Shown here piece after piece: positions 12,690 through 24,500 of a DNA stretch of 64,000 bases. The translations under genes were made by a program, and so were the position numbers. The notes under the pieces were generated by a model, which worked only from the letters and a program-made list of their open reading frames with translations, did no database searches and had not been told where the DNA came from. How positions within the stretch are numbered: the first letter of the stretch is position 1; each line of letters begins with the position of its first letter. Origin of the DNA: Lama guanicoe (lineage: Eukaryota); the NCBI GenBank assembly GCA_013239625.1, contig MU053934.1, forward strand, positions 5,164,399 through 5,228,398, given 5' to 3'.

Positions 12690-13370
12690 ATCTGGGTAAA
12701 AGAGTGCATATGAAGGACAAGGGTGCTTTGTGCATGTCCAGAGTCATTCACTCCTCTTGAGAAGAGATGTTGGGGCATTGGATTGTGTGTGTGTGTGAAG
12801 CTGTGAGAGGTGAAGTTAGAGACAGAATCCCATGCAGGCAATAGGGAACAGCTATTGAAGGGAAGAAACCTGGTCTGATATGTTTTAGAAAGATCACTGT
12901 GGCAGCAGTGTGGAGAAGGGATTACAAATAGGATTTAAAATGGATATAGGAGGACCAGGTAGGAATCTCCTCAACAGGATTGAGGAAGGCTTGGAATCAG
13001 TTCTGGAGAGGAGAGCACTGACAGGAAAATGTTCAGAAAGAGTGGGATGGGGGCACTTGAAGACCAAGTTTTCAGCTTGAAACAGTGGGTTGAATGATAG
13101 CATGCGATATAGGAGGTAGAGCAAGGCTTGCTGTAGCTGTTGTAACCAATACTGCTGATGTTTTTAACTGGGTTATGCATGGAGGGTTTGGATCTTGAAC
13201 TGTTGAGGCGCCTTTAGGCACTCCAGGAGAAGCTATTTAATAGGCATATTGGTACTCAGAAGAGAGAATGAGAGAGTATGTCAAGGTATATGTTTGGGAG
13301 TTCTCGGCATATAGGAGTAGAGGGGACCTGGGAGATGAGAACAGGCCCACATATAGAGCTGTAGGCACTA
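12690..13370 (-). mobile_element. L2 fragment
   Basis: TTTTAGAAAGATCACTGTGGCAGCAGTGTGGAGAAGGGATT. Confidence 0.7.
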
Positions 13371-13397
13371 CTTCAGGTTGTGTGTCAAACTTTGGTA

Positions 13398-14060
13398 CAA
13401 GCACACCTTGTTTTACTGCATTTTGCTGTATCATGCTTCACAGATAATGTATTTTTTTTTAACAAATTGAAGATTTGTACTTACCCTGTGTCGAGCAAGT
13501 CTGTTGGCACCATTTTTCCAATAGCGTTTTCTCACTTTGAGTCTCTGTGTGTCACATTTTAGTAATTTTCACAATATTTCAGACTTTTTCATCATTATTG
13601 TATTTGTTATGGTGATCTGTGCTCAGTGATCTTTGATGTTACTATTGCAAAAAACTTATGACTCACAGAAGGCTCAGATGATGGTTAGCATTTTTTAGCA
13701 ATAAAGTACTTTTTTTCTTAGGCAATGCAGTTTAATTGGTTTGGAAGACAGTCCTCTGAGACATCTCTGTGGAATCTACTAAACCTGTCAAAATACAGTA
13801 TTCATATAGTTAAACTGTATCTCCCAAACTCATAAAGTGAGCATGTATTAATGATTAGCAATAAAGTATTTTTAAATTAAGGTATATACATTGTTTTTGT
13901 AGACATAATGCTGCTCACACTTATTAGACTACAGTATAGTGTAAACGTAATTTTTATGTGCACTGGGAGACCAAAAAATGCATATGACTTGCTTTATTAC
14001 AGTATTTGTTTTATTGTGGTTGTCTGAAACCAGACCCACAATATCTGTAAGGTATGCCTG
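13398..14060 (+). mobile_element. Internally deleted Tigger1-type TcMar DNA transposon
   Basis: Terminal inverted repeats CAAGCACACCTT... and ...AAGGTATGCCTG; TA duplication at 13396-13397 and 14061-14062; interrupts an L2 relic. Confidence 0.88.
13709..13854 (-). pseudogene. Short retroposed insert of unknown source inside Tigger1
   Basis: 14-bp TSD TTAGCAATAAAGTA at 13695-13708 and 13855-13868; T tract at left end; ATTAAA on the minus strand at 13731-13736. Confidence 0.65.
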
Positions 14061-14165
14061 TATACATAAGAATTACTTTGAATATTTTTATTTTCTTTTC
14101 TTAACAGTTTTCTTAAGATATATTTCACATACAATAAAATTAACTCATTTGAAGTATAGAGTTCA

Positions 14166-16135
14166 CTATTAGAAATTACTATTATGAATTCAACAAAGTT
14201 GCAGGATACAAGGTTAATATACAGAAAGCTGTTGCTTTTCTGTACACTAATAATGAACTGTCAGAAAGAGAAAGGAAAAAAAACTCATTTAAAATCACAT
14301 CAAAAAGAATAAAATACCTAGGATAAACTTAACCAAGGAGATGAAAGACCTATACTCTGAAAACTGTAAGACATTGATGAAGGAAATTGAAGAAGATACA
14401 AAGAAATAGAAAGATATCCCATGCTCTTGGATTGGGATAATTAATATTGTTAAAATGACCATACTACCCAAGACAACCTGCAGACTTAATGCAGTCCCTT
14501 TCATAATACCCATGCTGTTGTTCACAGAACTAGAACAAATAATCCTAAAATTCATATGGAACCACAAAGGACCCCAAATTGCCAAAGCAGTCATGAGAAA
14601 AAAGAACAAAGCTGGAGGTATCACCCTCCCAGACTTCAGACTGTACTAAGGAGCTACAGTAATCAAAACAGCATGGTACTGGCACAAAAATAGACACTTA
14701 GATCAATGAAACCGAATAGGGAGCCCAGAAATAAATCCATGCACCTATGTTCAATTAATCTATGACAAAGGAGGCAAGAATATACAATGGAGAAAAGACA
14801 GTCTTTTCAGTAAGTTGTGCTGGGAAAACTGAACAGTCATATGTAAAACAATGAGATTAGAACATTTCCTCACACTATATACAAAAATAAACTCAAAATA
14901 TATAAAAGACCTAAATGTAAGACCTGAAACCATAAAACTCCTAGGGGAAAACATAGGGAGAACAGCCTTTTACCTAAATTATAGCAATATTTCTTTGAAT
15001 TTGTCTCTTTAAGGCAAAAGAAATAAAAGCAAAAATAAAGAAATGAGACCTAATTAAATTTAAACAGCTTTTGCACAACAAAGGAAACCATCAATAAAAT
15101 GAAAAGACAACCTATGGAAGAAAATATTTGCAAATGATGTGACTGACAAGGGGTTAATATCCAAAATATATGAACAGCTCGTACAATTCAATATCAAGAA
15201 ACCAAATAACCCAATCAAAAATGGGCAGAAGACCTGAATATTTTCAAAGAAGACATACAGCTGGTAAACAGGCACATGAAAAAATGCTCAACATTGCTAA
15301 CTATTAGAGAAATACAGTCAAAACAACGAGATACGACCTCACACCTGTCAGAATGGCTGTCATCAGGAAGTCTACAAATGGAGAGGAGGATATAACTAAG
15401 TGGTAGAGTGCATGCTTAGCATACACAAAGTCCTAGGTTCAATTCCAAGTATTTCCATTATGAATAAACAAACAAACAAACAAACAAACCTACCCCACCC
15501 CCCAAAAGTCTACAAGTAACAAAATGTTGGAGAGGATGTGGAAATAAGGGAACCCAGCAATTCCATTCCTGGGTATATATCCAGAAAAAGCAATAACACT
15601 AATTCAAAAAAATGTGCACCCCAAATTCCACAGCAGCATTATTTACAATAGCCAGGATTTGGAAGCAGCCCCAAAATTATTAACAGATGAGTAGATATAT
15701 AGATACACAATGGACTAATACTCAGCTGTAAAAAGAAGGAAATTCTGCCATTTGCAACAAAGTAGATGGACCTAGAGAATATTAATGCCTAGTGAAATAA
15801 GTCAGACAGAGAAAGGTAAATACTATATGATGTCACTTATATGCAGAATCAAAAACAATACAAATGAACGTATATCGCAAGACAGAAATAGACTCACCGG
15901 TATAGAAAACAAACTACTGGTTACCAGAGGGAAGGGGGGAAGGGCAAGTTAGGGGTGTGGGATTAAGAGCTACAAACTACTATGTATAAAATAGGTAAGC
16001 ACAAGGAATTATAGCCATTGTGTTGTCATAACTTTTAATGGAGTATCATCTATGAAAATACTGAGTCACTATACTCTACACCTGAAACTAATATAATACT
16101 GTAAATCAACTATACATCAATAAAAGAATTTTTTT
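14166..16135 (+). mobile_element. 5'-truncated L1 (3' half of ORF2 plus 3'UTR), degenerate
   Basis: ORF2-like peptide [16 protein letters not shown]...[21 protein letters not shown] near 16119; degenerate TSD AAGTATA(G/C)A(G/T)TTCA at 14152-14165 and 16136-16149; splits an older minus-strand L1 3' end (~14090-14165 and ~16136-16295). Confidence 0.93.
15380..15505 (+). mobile_element. tRNA-derived SINE (Vic-1-like) nested in L1
   Basis: A-box-like TAAGTGGTAGAG, B-box-like GGTTCAATTCC, (AAAC)n tail; TSD AAGTCTACAA at 15368-15377 and 15506-15515. Confidence 0.9.
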
Positions 16136-17657
16136 AAGTATACATTTCAGTGGTTTTTAGTGTATTCACAGAGTTGTACTGTCATCACTACAATCTAATT
16201 TAAGAAAATTTTCCTTATGCCAAAAGGAAACCCTGTTACCATTAGCAGTTACTCCTCATTTCTGTTCCTCTTGGCCTCAGGCAACCACTAATCCATTACA
16301 TAGTGAGTTAGAAAAGACAGACATGAAAGTGTACATCCTAATTATATGAAGTTAATGAACATGTAAAGCTCATCTGTGGTGATAGAATAGTTACCTGGGG
16401 TCGGGGTGGTGGGGGGCGTGCGGAATTCAAGGGAAGGGGCATATAGGAGTTTTCTGAGGAGGTGGAAATGTTCTGTCTTGATCTGTGTAGTGGTCACATG
16501 GGTGCAGGCATATCTAAAATTCACTGAGTTCTGCAATTAAGGTTTGTATATTTTTCTGTTAATAAATTATACTCAGTAAAAACAGAAAACAACTTTAGGA
16601 ACTTCTACTCTTCTTAGTCCTCTAAGATCATTCTGAATATTGATTCTATCATGCAAAATATTAACTGTCCTTCTTAGCTTTATATTCAGGAAACATACAT
16701 GTTTTCTTTTTAAACTACCTACGGTGCCTGGAATAGAGGGGTCGTTGGAAAGGTGTCACATTTATGACATGGAAGGGATTTAGCAGTTAATTTGATGTGA
16801 AAGAAAAGAAAAAGGAGAACTCAGGGGTAACATCAAGGATTCAAGTTAAGTGACTTGGGAGTATGGGAATGCCATTGTCAAACAGGAGACATAAAGGAAA
16901 CAGGTTTGGGAGGGAATAGGGTTCATTCTGTATGGAGCACACAGAGTTTGAGATGGCAGCATACTGTCCACATAGCAGTGTCTGTCAGCCAAGTGAAAAA
17001 ATATGGGGCTAGAGATGGGCTAGGTGAAGCCTGAAAGTACAGAATTGGGATTTAATATTTGAAACTGAGATTAGAAGGGACTGCTGTGGCACAATGTGAA
17101 GAGAGAGGTCTAATGACAGAACCTAGGGAAGTAAGAGAGAGCAGCAGAAGAAAGAGAAGCAGAGATGAGCAAATCAGAGAGTCAGCAAATATTTATCGAC
17201 TATCTTCTTGTGCCCAGTTTATGATGAATAAGACATTCAGTCTCTGCCTTGAAGAGTTTGCATTCTTGGTGGGGGAAGACAAACAACAAAACACAGAAAT
17301 AAGTGATCCCTCATTACTTAGTGATATGTGTTATGCTAGAGAGTGACTCCGTGTGGAAGCTCAGTGATTGGACTTCACTCATCGTTTCAGAGATGGCACT
17401 TGAGCTGACGCCTAAATGATGTGAAGGAAGCTTTCATGTAACAGTATGAGAGAAAAGCTTTTTAAGTCAAAGGAATAAATAAAGAGATCCTAAGATTGGG
17501 TGAGAGAGAAGAAAAGAAATGGAGAGTGTACTCCAGTATAAGGCAGAGGATCTTTTCAAAAGGGTTAAGATGGCTACTGTGACAAATGTTACTTAGAGGA
17601 CAAAGAGAAATAGGAACCCAGGAAGGATATTCTACTTAGTAATAAAAAATCATTAAG

Positions 17658-18215
17658 AATCAAAAGCAGAGACTCAAACAGATATTTGCACACCTGTGCT
17701 TATAGCAGCATTATTCACAATGGCCAAGAGGTAGAAGCAACCTAGTGTCCATCACCAGGTGAACGGGTAAACAAAATGTGATAGAGCTGTAAAATGGAGT
17801 AGCATTCAGCCTTAAAAAATAAGGAAACCCTGACACGACACGTGCTACAACGTAGGATGAACGTTGAAGACTTTATGCTAAGTGAAACAAACCAGTCACA
17901 AAAGGATGCATACTGTATAATTCTCCTTATATGAGGTATACTTGAAGGAGTCAAATTCATAGAAACAGAAAGTAGAATGGTGGTGGCCATCCAGTGGCTG
18001 AAGGGAGAAGAAAATGGAGACTTATTTTTTAATGGATATAGAGTTTCGGTCTGGGAGATGAAAAAAGTTCTAGAGATGAATGGTGGTGATGATCGCACAA
18101 CAGTGTGAATGTACTTAATGCCCTGAACTGTGAACTTAAAATGGTTAAAACGGTAAACTTTGTGTTATGTGTATTTTACCATAGTTTTTTAAAAAGTCAA
18201 GACAAAAAAAAAAGG
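17658..18215 (+). mobile_element. L1MB-like 3' end
   Basis: GCAGCATTATTCACAATGGCCAAGAGGTAGAAGCAACC...ACTTAAAATGGTTAAA plus A tail. Confidence 0.88.
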
Positions 18216-18447
18216 AAGAAAAGAATTTTAATTAACAAAGTCATTGAGACTTCAGCTTCTGGGCATGATGGAGTATAAGGAATAGGATTTACCCTCCCAC
18301 TAGAAATAATAATTTTAAAAATAGACAAAATGTATTTGAAACAGTGGTTTTAAAGGCACTGGACATTAGGTAATGAAGGAATGAAGGACACTGGTGACTG
18401 AGAAGTGGAAAACAAGGTGAGCCCTCTGACTACTCCAGCATACTGTC

Positions 18448-19473
18448 TTTTTTATTTTTTTTTTAACATTTTTTATTGATTTATAATCATTTTACAATGT
18501 TGTGTCAAATTCCAGTGTTCAGCACAATTTTGCAGTTATACATGAACATATATATATTCGTCACATTTTTTTCTCTATGAGCTACCATAAGATTTTGTGT
18601 ATATTTCCCTGTGCTATACAGTATAATCTTGCTTCTCTATTCTACAATTTTGAAATCCCGTCTATCCCTTCCCACCCTCCGCCCCCTTGGCAACCACAAG
18701 TTTGTATTCTATGTATATGAGTCTACTTCTGTTTTGTATTTACGCTTTGTTTTTTTGTTTGTTTGTTTTGTTTTTGTTTTTGTTTTTTTAGATTCCACAT
18801 ATGAGCGATCTCATATGGTATTTTTCTTTCTCTTTCTGGCTTACTTCACTTAGAATGACATTGTCCAGGAGCATCCATGTTGCTGCAAATGGCATTACGT
18901 TGTCGGGTTTTATGGCTGAGTAGTATTCCATTGTATAAATATACCACATCTTCTTTATCCAGTCACCTGTTGATGGACATTTAGGCTGTTTCCATGTTTT
19001 GGCTATTGTAAATAGTGCTGCTATGAACATTGGGGTGCAGGTGTCATCCTGAAGTAGGGTTCCTTCTGCATATAAAATACTATAGAGCTACAGTCATCAA
19101 GACAGCATGGTATTGGTACCAAAACAGACATATAGACCAATGGAACAGAATAGAGAGCCCAGAAATGAACCCACAAACTTTTGGTCAACTCATCTTCGAC
19201 AAAGGAGGCAAGAATATACAATGGAATAAAGACAGTCTCTTCAGCAAATAGTGTTGGGAAAACTGGACAGCAGCATGTAAAACAATGAAGCTAGAACACT
19301 CCCTTACACCATATACAAAAGTAAACTCAAAATGGATCAAAGACTTAAACATAAGACAAGATACAATAAACCTCCTAGAGGAAAACATAGGCAAAACATT
19401 ATCTGACATACATCTCAAAAATTTTCTCCTAGAAGAAATAAAAGCAAGAATAAACAAATGGGACCTAATGAAA
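18448..19473 (-). mobile_element. Relatively young L1 with 5' inversion (3' end on minus strand 18448-~19070; ORF2 piece on plus strand ~19071-19473)
   Basis: Poly-T at 18448; minus-strand [20 protein letters not shown]...; plus-strand [13 protein letters not shown]...; TSD CCAGCATACTGTC 18435-18447 and CCGGCATACTATC 19474-19486. Confidence 0.92.
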
Positions 19474-21201
19474 CCGGCATACTATCGAGAGGGAGCTTCC
19501 AGACCACAGTACAGGGAAGGGGAGCCCAGGGAAAGCCCAGTCGCGTTTGCCCTCTCAGTTGAGGCAACATTGCTGAGAGTCTGGGGAGACTGAGGCAGCC
19601 AAAATTTGCAGGACAGAGGACTGAAGAGGAGAGAGCTGCTAAAAGAGAGAGAACCTTGGAGATTTGTAGAGAATTCACCTTGATTATTCAGCAGAATACT
19701 TTATGGCACATGCATATGACTACTCAGAGCTGGGGCTGGAGGGGGACCCATCCAAGAGGATTTAGAAGGAACAGTGCATTCAAACAGTGCCAGTAGTAGT
19801 ACCTGTTTCTCCAGACTGGAAAGCCTCATCATTCATGGAGCATTAGGTAATGTACTCAGCAGTAGTACTGGTAGGGTTCTCACTCAGTCGTGGGGAATAA
19901 TGAGCCCTAACTAATTATTAGGTCTGGCTTTACATATCCTAACAGCAAGACCCAAAAGAAACAAACTGTTTCAAAGTAATTTAACTATCTCAGAACAAAG
20001 CTCAGAAGTATTAATAGGAGTCCAAAAATATTCAGGACCCAGCAAAACCTCTCAATGTCTGTCATTCAAAGCAAAGATTTTCAGGCATGTAAAAACCAGG
20101 AAAATACAAACAGTGAAAAGAAAAATCAATTGAAAACAATTCACACTTGACACAGCTTTGTTAGAATTAGCAGGCAAGAATATTAAAACTTTTATTATAA
20201 TTGTATTTCAGATGTTCAAAAAGTCAAGTAGAAACATGGAAAATATTTTTTTTAAAAAGACCCAAATCAAATTTCTATAGTTGAAAACTGTAATGTTTGA
20301 GATGAAAAATATACTGGATGGGATTGCAGCAGATTAGACACTGCAGAATAAAAGATTAGTGAATTTAAAGAATTACCAATAGAAACTATCCAACATGAAA
20401 TAGAGAGGAAAAAGAGTAAAAAACCGAAAAGAATATCAGTGTGTTGTGGACAACTTCCATCAGTCTAATATACATGTAATTGGAATCTCTGAAGAAGAAG
20501 GGAGGGGGCAGAAAAATATCTAAGAAACAATGGCCCCAAATTTTCCAAGTTCGATGAAAACCCATAGATCCACAGATCCCAAAAGCTCAATGTGCCTGAA
20601 GCACAAGAAAAAGGAAGAAAACCACATCAAAGCACATCCTAATCAATTTACTCAAAACCAGTGATAGAGAAAAATCTTAAAACCAGAGAGAAAAAACACA
20701 CTATTAACAGAGGAACAAAGATTTCTCATTGGAAGGCAAAAGAGCCCCATCTTTAAAGTGGTGAAAGAAAAAACTGTTAACCTTGAATTCTGTAACTAGT
20801 GAACATTTCTTTCAGAATTGAGGGCGAAATAAGACTCTTTCAGACATACAAAAGCTGAAATAATTTATCACCAGCATACCCTTGCTATTAGTAATGTTAA
20901 AGGAAGAAGGAAAATGATGCCAGATGGAAATACGCGTCTGTACAAAGGAATGAAGAGCTCAGAAAATGGAAACTACATGGGTAAATATATAAGACTTTTT
21001 TTCTGTTACTTAAATCTCTTTAAAAGAGAATTGATTGATTGAACAAAAATAATACAAATGCATTGTGGATTTATAACATTTATATCTGAATTGTACAATA
21101 GCAGTAGCATAAAGGCCTGGAGGCGGAAAATGGTAGAATACTATTTAAAATTCTCAGGTTGTATGCGAATTTGTATAATTTCATTTGAAGAGAAGAGAAT
21201 G

Positions 21202-21437
21202 AAGTTGACCTTTGAACAATGCAGGAGTTCAGGGTGCCAACCCTCTGGGCAGTCAAAAATCCAAATATAACTTAAAGTCAGCCCTCCCCCTACTTGGTTT
21301 CTCTGTATCTTTGGTTCCTCCACATCCACAGATTCAACCAGTTGGGAATTGTGTAGTACTGTGTATTTACTGTTGAAAAAAATCTGCATGTAAGTGCACC
21401 TGTGCAGTTCAGACCCGTGTTGTTCAGGGGTCAGCTA
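21202..21437 (+). mobile_element. MER8-like (Tigger2-derived) MITE
   Basis: TIRs AGTTGACCTTTGAACAA and TTGTTCAGGGGTCAGCT; about 236 bp; similar to the copy at 56100. Confidence 0.82.
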
Positions 21438-22373
21438 TACTACCCAGCTCATTCTGTGAGGCCAGCATTACCCTGATACCAAAACCAGACAAAAAAATTG
21501 CACGAAAAGAAAACTACAGATTAATATCTCTTATGAACATAGATGCGAAGATTCTAAACCTAATTTTAGCATACTAAATCCAACAATATATAAAAAGGAT
21601 GATATGTGAACAGGTAGGGTTTATCCCAGGAATGTGGGGTTGGTTTAAGATTCAGAAATCAATGTAATTCATCACATAAACAAAGTAAGAAAGAAAAACC
21701 ATATGATCAATTCAGCAGATGCAGAAAAAGCATTTGACAATGGTCACATCCATTCCTGATAGAAACTCGGCAAAATAGGAGTAGAAAGGATCTACTCACC
21801 CTGTTAAAGGACTTCTATGAAAATTCTACAGTTAACATTGAACTCAATGGGGGATGGCTTAGTGCTTTACTCCTACGATGAAGAACAACAACAAAAAAAG
21901 AAGAATGTCTGCTATCTATACTTCTGTTCAACATTGTACTGGAAGTTCTAGCCAGAGCAATAAAGCAAAGAGAAGAGAAGTGGAGGGGAGGGGTGGGAGC
22001 GAAAAGAGTACATGCTGTGTGATTCCATGTATGTGAACGCTAGAAGATGCAAACTAGGCTTTAATGACATTAGTGATTGCCTGGGGAGGAGAGCAGGAAG
22101 GAACAGTTAAAAAGGGGCATGATGAAACTTTCAGGAGTGGTGAATATGTTCATTTTCTTGATTTTGATAATGGTTTTATGAGTATATACATACATCAAAT
22201 TTTGTCAAATTGTATATACTGTATATACAGTTTAATATATGTCACTTATACCTCGTAAAACTGTCAAAATTTTAATTTTTTAAAAGAAGAAAACAACCAA
22301 CAAAAAACACTAAATAGAATACCTTTGATGAGGGGGGGAAAGTAGAGACAAAAGGGTTTTTAAAGTAGCCTGA

Positions 22374-22502
22374 GAGGGAAGAGTGTAGCTCAGTGGTAGA
22401 GTGCCTGCCTAGCATGCACAAGGTCCTGGGTTCAATCCCCAGCACCTCCATTTAAATAAATAAACCTAATTACTCTTCCCTTGCCCCAAAAAACAAACCA
22501 AA
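22374..22502 (+). mobile_element. tRNA-derived SINE (Vic-1-like)
   Basis: TAGCTCAGTGGTAGAG...GGTTCAATCCCC; perfect 12-bp TSD AAAGTAGCCTGA at 22362-22373 and 22503-22514. Confidence 0.93.
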
Positions 22503-22519
22503 AAAGTAGCCTGAACATG

Positions 22520-24500
22520 GTAGGTTAAACTCAGTTATTAATCTCTGCTCCTTTCTAGAACTCCACTAAAATTATTTTTACAAAATGATTTCAGTAAGCA
22601 TAAATCCATCAGAAAGAAAGTGAATGGAAGGGGAGATGAAGCAGATAAGAGATGCCAACAAAATTTTGGAAGCTAGAAAGCTTTTGGAATGACACTGAAA
22701 ATGGCAGGTTTGGCTGCAAAATTTACAAGGAGCAGGGCCCCAGGTATCCTGCCCATCACATTCACAGTTGGATAGCTACCTGTCTTCCAGTCTGACAGAG
22801 ATGAGGGTGGGGGTGAGGACCATAACTAAAAACTGAAGGACTAAATCAAAATCTGCATGCTATGTGAGACTGTTCTAACTCTTCCCCAATTCAGTCGCAG
22901 AACACTGGAAGCCAGACTTACACCTGTTAGGCTAAGGATTGAAGGGGTACCTCTCTGGGCAATTGAACAGCCCGGGGTGGAGGGGGCGGGGTGGGGTAGA
23001 GAATATACAGATGTAGGCATCTGAGAGTTCTCCCAGTGAAATGACCAGGTCCCGTCCTGATATCCAGGAAGCCAACCATGGGTTAAGTGACATCCTCTCC
23101 CTTCTCCACAGACAAAAAACACTTTCAGGCTCTTTAGGACTTAACTCTTAAAAATCAGTGGATAGCCAAAGATGACCAGACACTTTATAAAAACCTGTGA
23201 ATAAAAGATAGTGACCAAACCAAAGATAAAAGAGAAACTTGGAGAAAACAGGTTATATAGGGAGCAGAAGAAAATTAATGCAAACAAAATAAAAACACGC
23301 TATAATATCCTCAGAAATAAAAAGATATTAAAATCAGGGAACAAGAACAGGATTGTAAAAAAGGACTATTCAGAGAACAAGGAAGAAGAGCTCTTCAAAT
23401 TAACTTGCAATAGCAGAAAAAAATGTTTAATTCAAAGTATTGGAAGGTAAAGTTAAGAGAATCATCAGAAAGTAAAATAAAAAGTCAAAGTGATAAAAAT
23501 TGAGAGATAAAGGAGAAAATTAAGAGATCAATCCTATAGGTTCAACACTGAGTAACAGGAATTCCTGAAGGAGAGAAAAGAAAGTGGAGGGGATAAAATT
23601 ATCAAATAAATAGAGAAAATATCCCAAATCTGAAGAACCTGAATTTCTAGGTCACAAGTACCTACCCAGAACCAGCTCAGTAAGTGAAAAAAGAACCATA
23701 GCTAGTGGTTTGCATTTTTAGAAAACTGAGGAGAAATAAAGGATCCTAAAAGTTTCCATAGCAAAAACAGATCATATCTAAAACATTAGGATTTAGAATA
23801 CTATCGAATTTCTATATAGCAGCTCTGGGCACTAGAAGACATGTAACATGGCCTTAAGAATTTTGGGGAGGAAGACGTTTATTAACTTGAACTTCTATAT
23901 TTGATTATGTATGTGGGTAAAATCCTGTATGTTAAGTATATGGATAAAATAAGGACATTTATTAGGAAATTACTGGAATATATGCCCCACCTAAACCAGG
24001 AATAAACTACAAAAGAAGACAAAGGATCTGGGAAGCAGATACTTCAGTGAAGGGGAGAGAGCAGGAATTCCAGAGATGAAGGGAAAGAGACATCCTTGGC
24101 AAGGTGTCAGCTATTTAGCGGCCTAGAGAGCAAACAGTCTAGACTGGAACAGGAGAAAACCCCTGTGGAATGTCTCCAAGCCTGAAATGAAATTGATAGA
24201 TTACCTGAAGTGTTTGAACTTATTAAGAGGAGATTTACAGCTCTGTTGGAGGGTTTGAGGATGAATTAGTGAAAAATACATAATAAATATTAAGCCAAAA
24301 AAAATTGAAAGAAAGCCTAAGAGGAGGTAGTAGTTGTTGGTTCCAGGGAAAAGACAAAAGTTGTACGAGAAAGGAAATTAAATATACTGTTCCATATGAT
24401 TCAGCTGTATGTTATTTATTTAGTAATAGCACTGTTAGCACTGAATATTGAACAAAAACTGTGATTTATATTGGGAGGATGGGAGAAGGGAGGTTCATAC
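22520..24500 (+). mobile_element. Highly decayed L1M 5'/ORF1-like sequence
   Basis: Strong A bias and ORF1-like phrases (AACAGGAATTCCTGAAGGAGAG, GGATCCTAAAAGTTTCC); recognition is weak. Confidence 0.5.

Larger units (their letters stand above)
18245..22285 (+). mobile_element. Old L1M-type element (5'UTR, ORF1, ORF2 fragments, 3' end), interrupted by the young L1 and a MER8-like element
   Basis: A-rich ORF1-like decay at 20250-20920; ORF2 RT-region text GAGGCCAGCATTACCCTGATACCAAAACCAGAC at ~21458-21960; 3'UTR-like 22000-22285. Confidence 0.8.

Noticed and set aside
13740..13850. SECIS or snoRNA identity for the orphan insert
   Set aside because: I could not place a SECIS core with correct spacing or convincing C/D or H/ACA boxes by eye; left unidentified.
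22374..22450. tRNA gene
   Set aside because: The A/B boxes belong to a SINE head: five diverged copies with AT-rich tails, most with TSDs, and no full cloverleaf.
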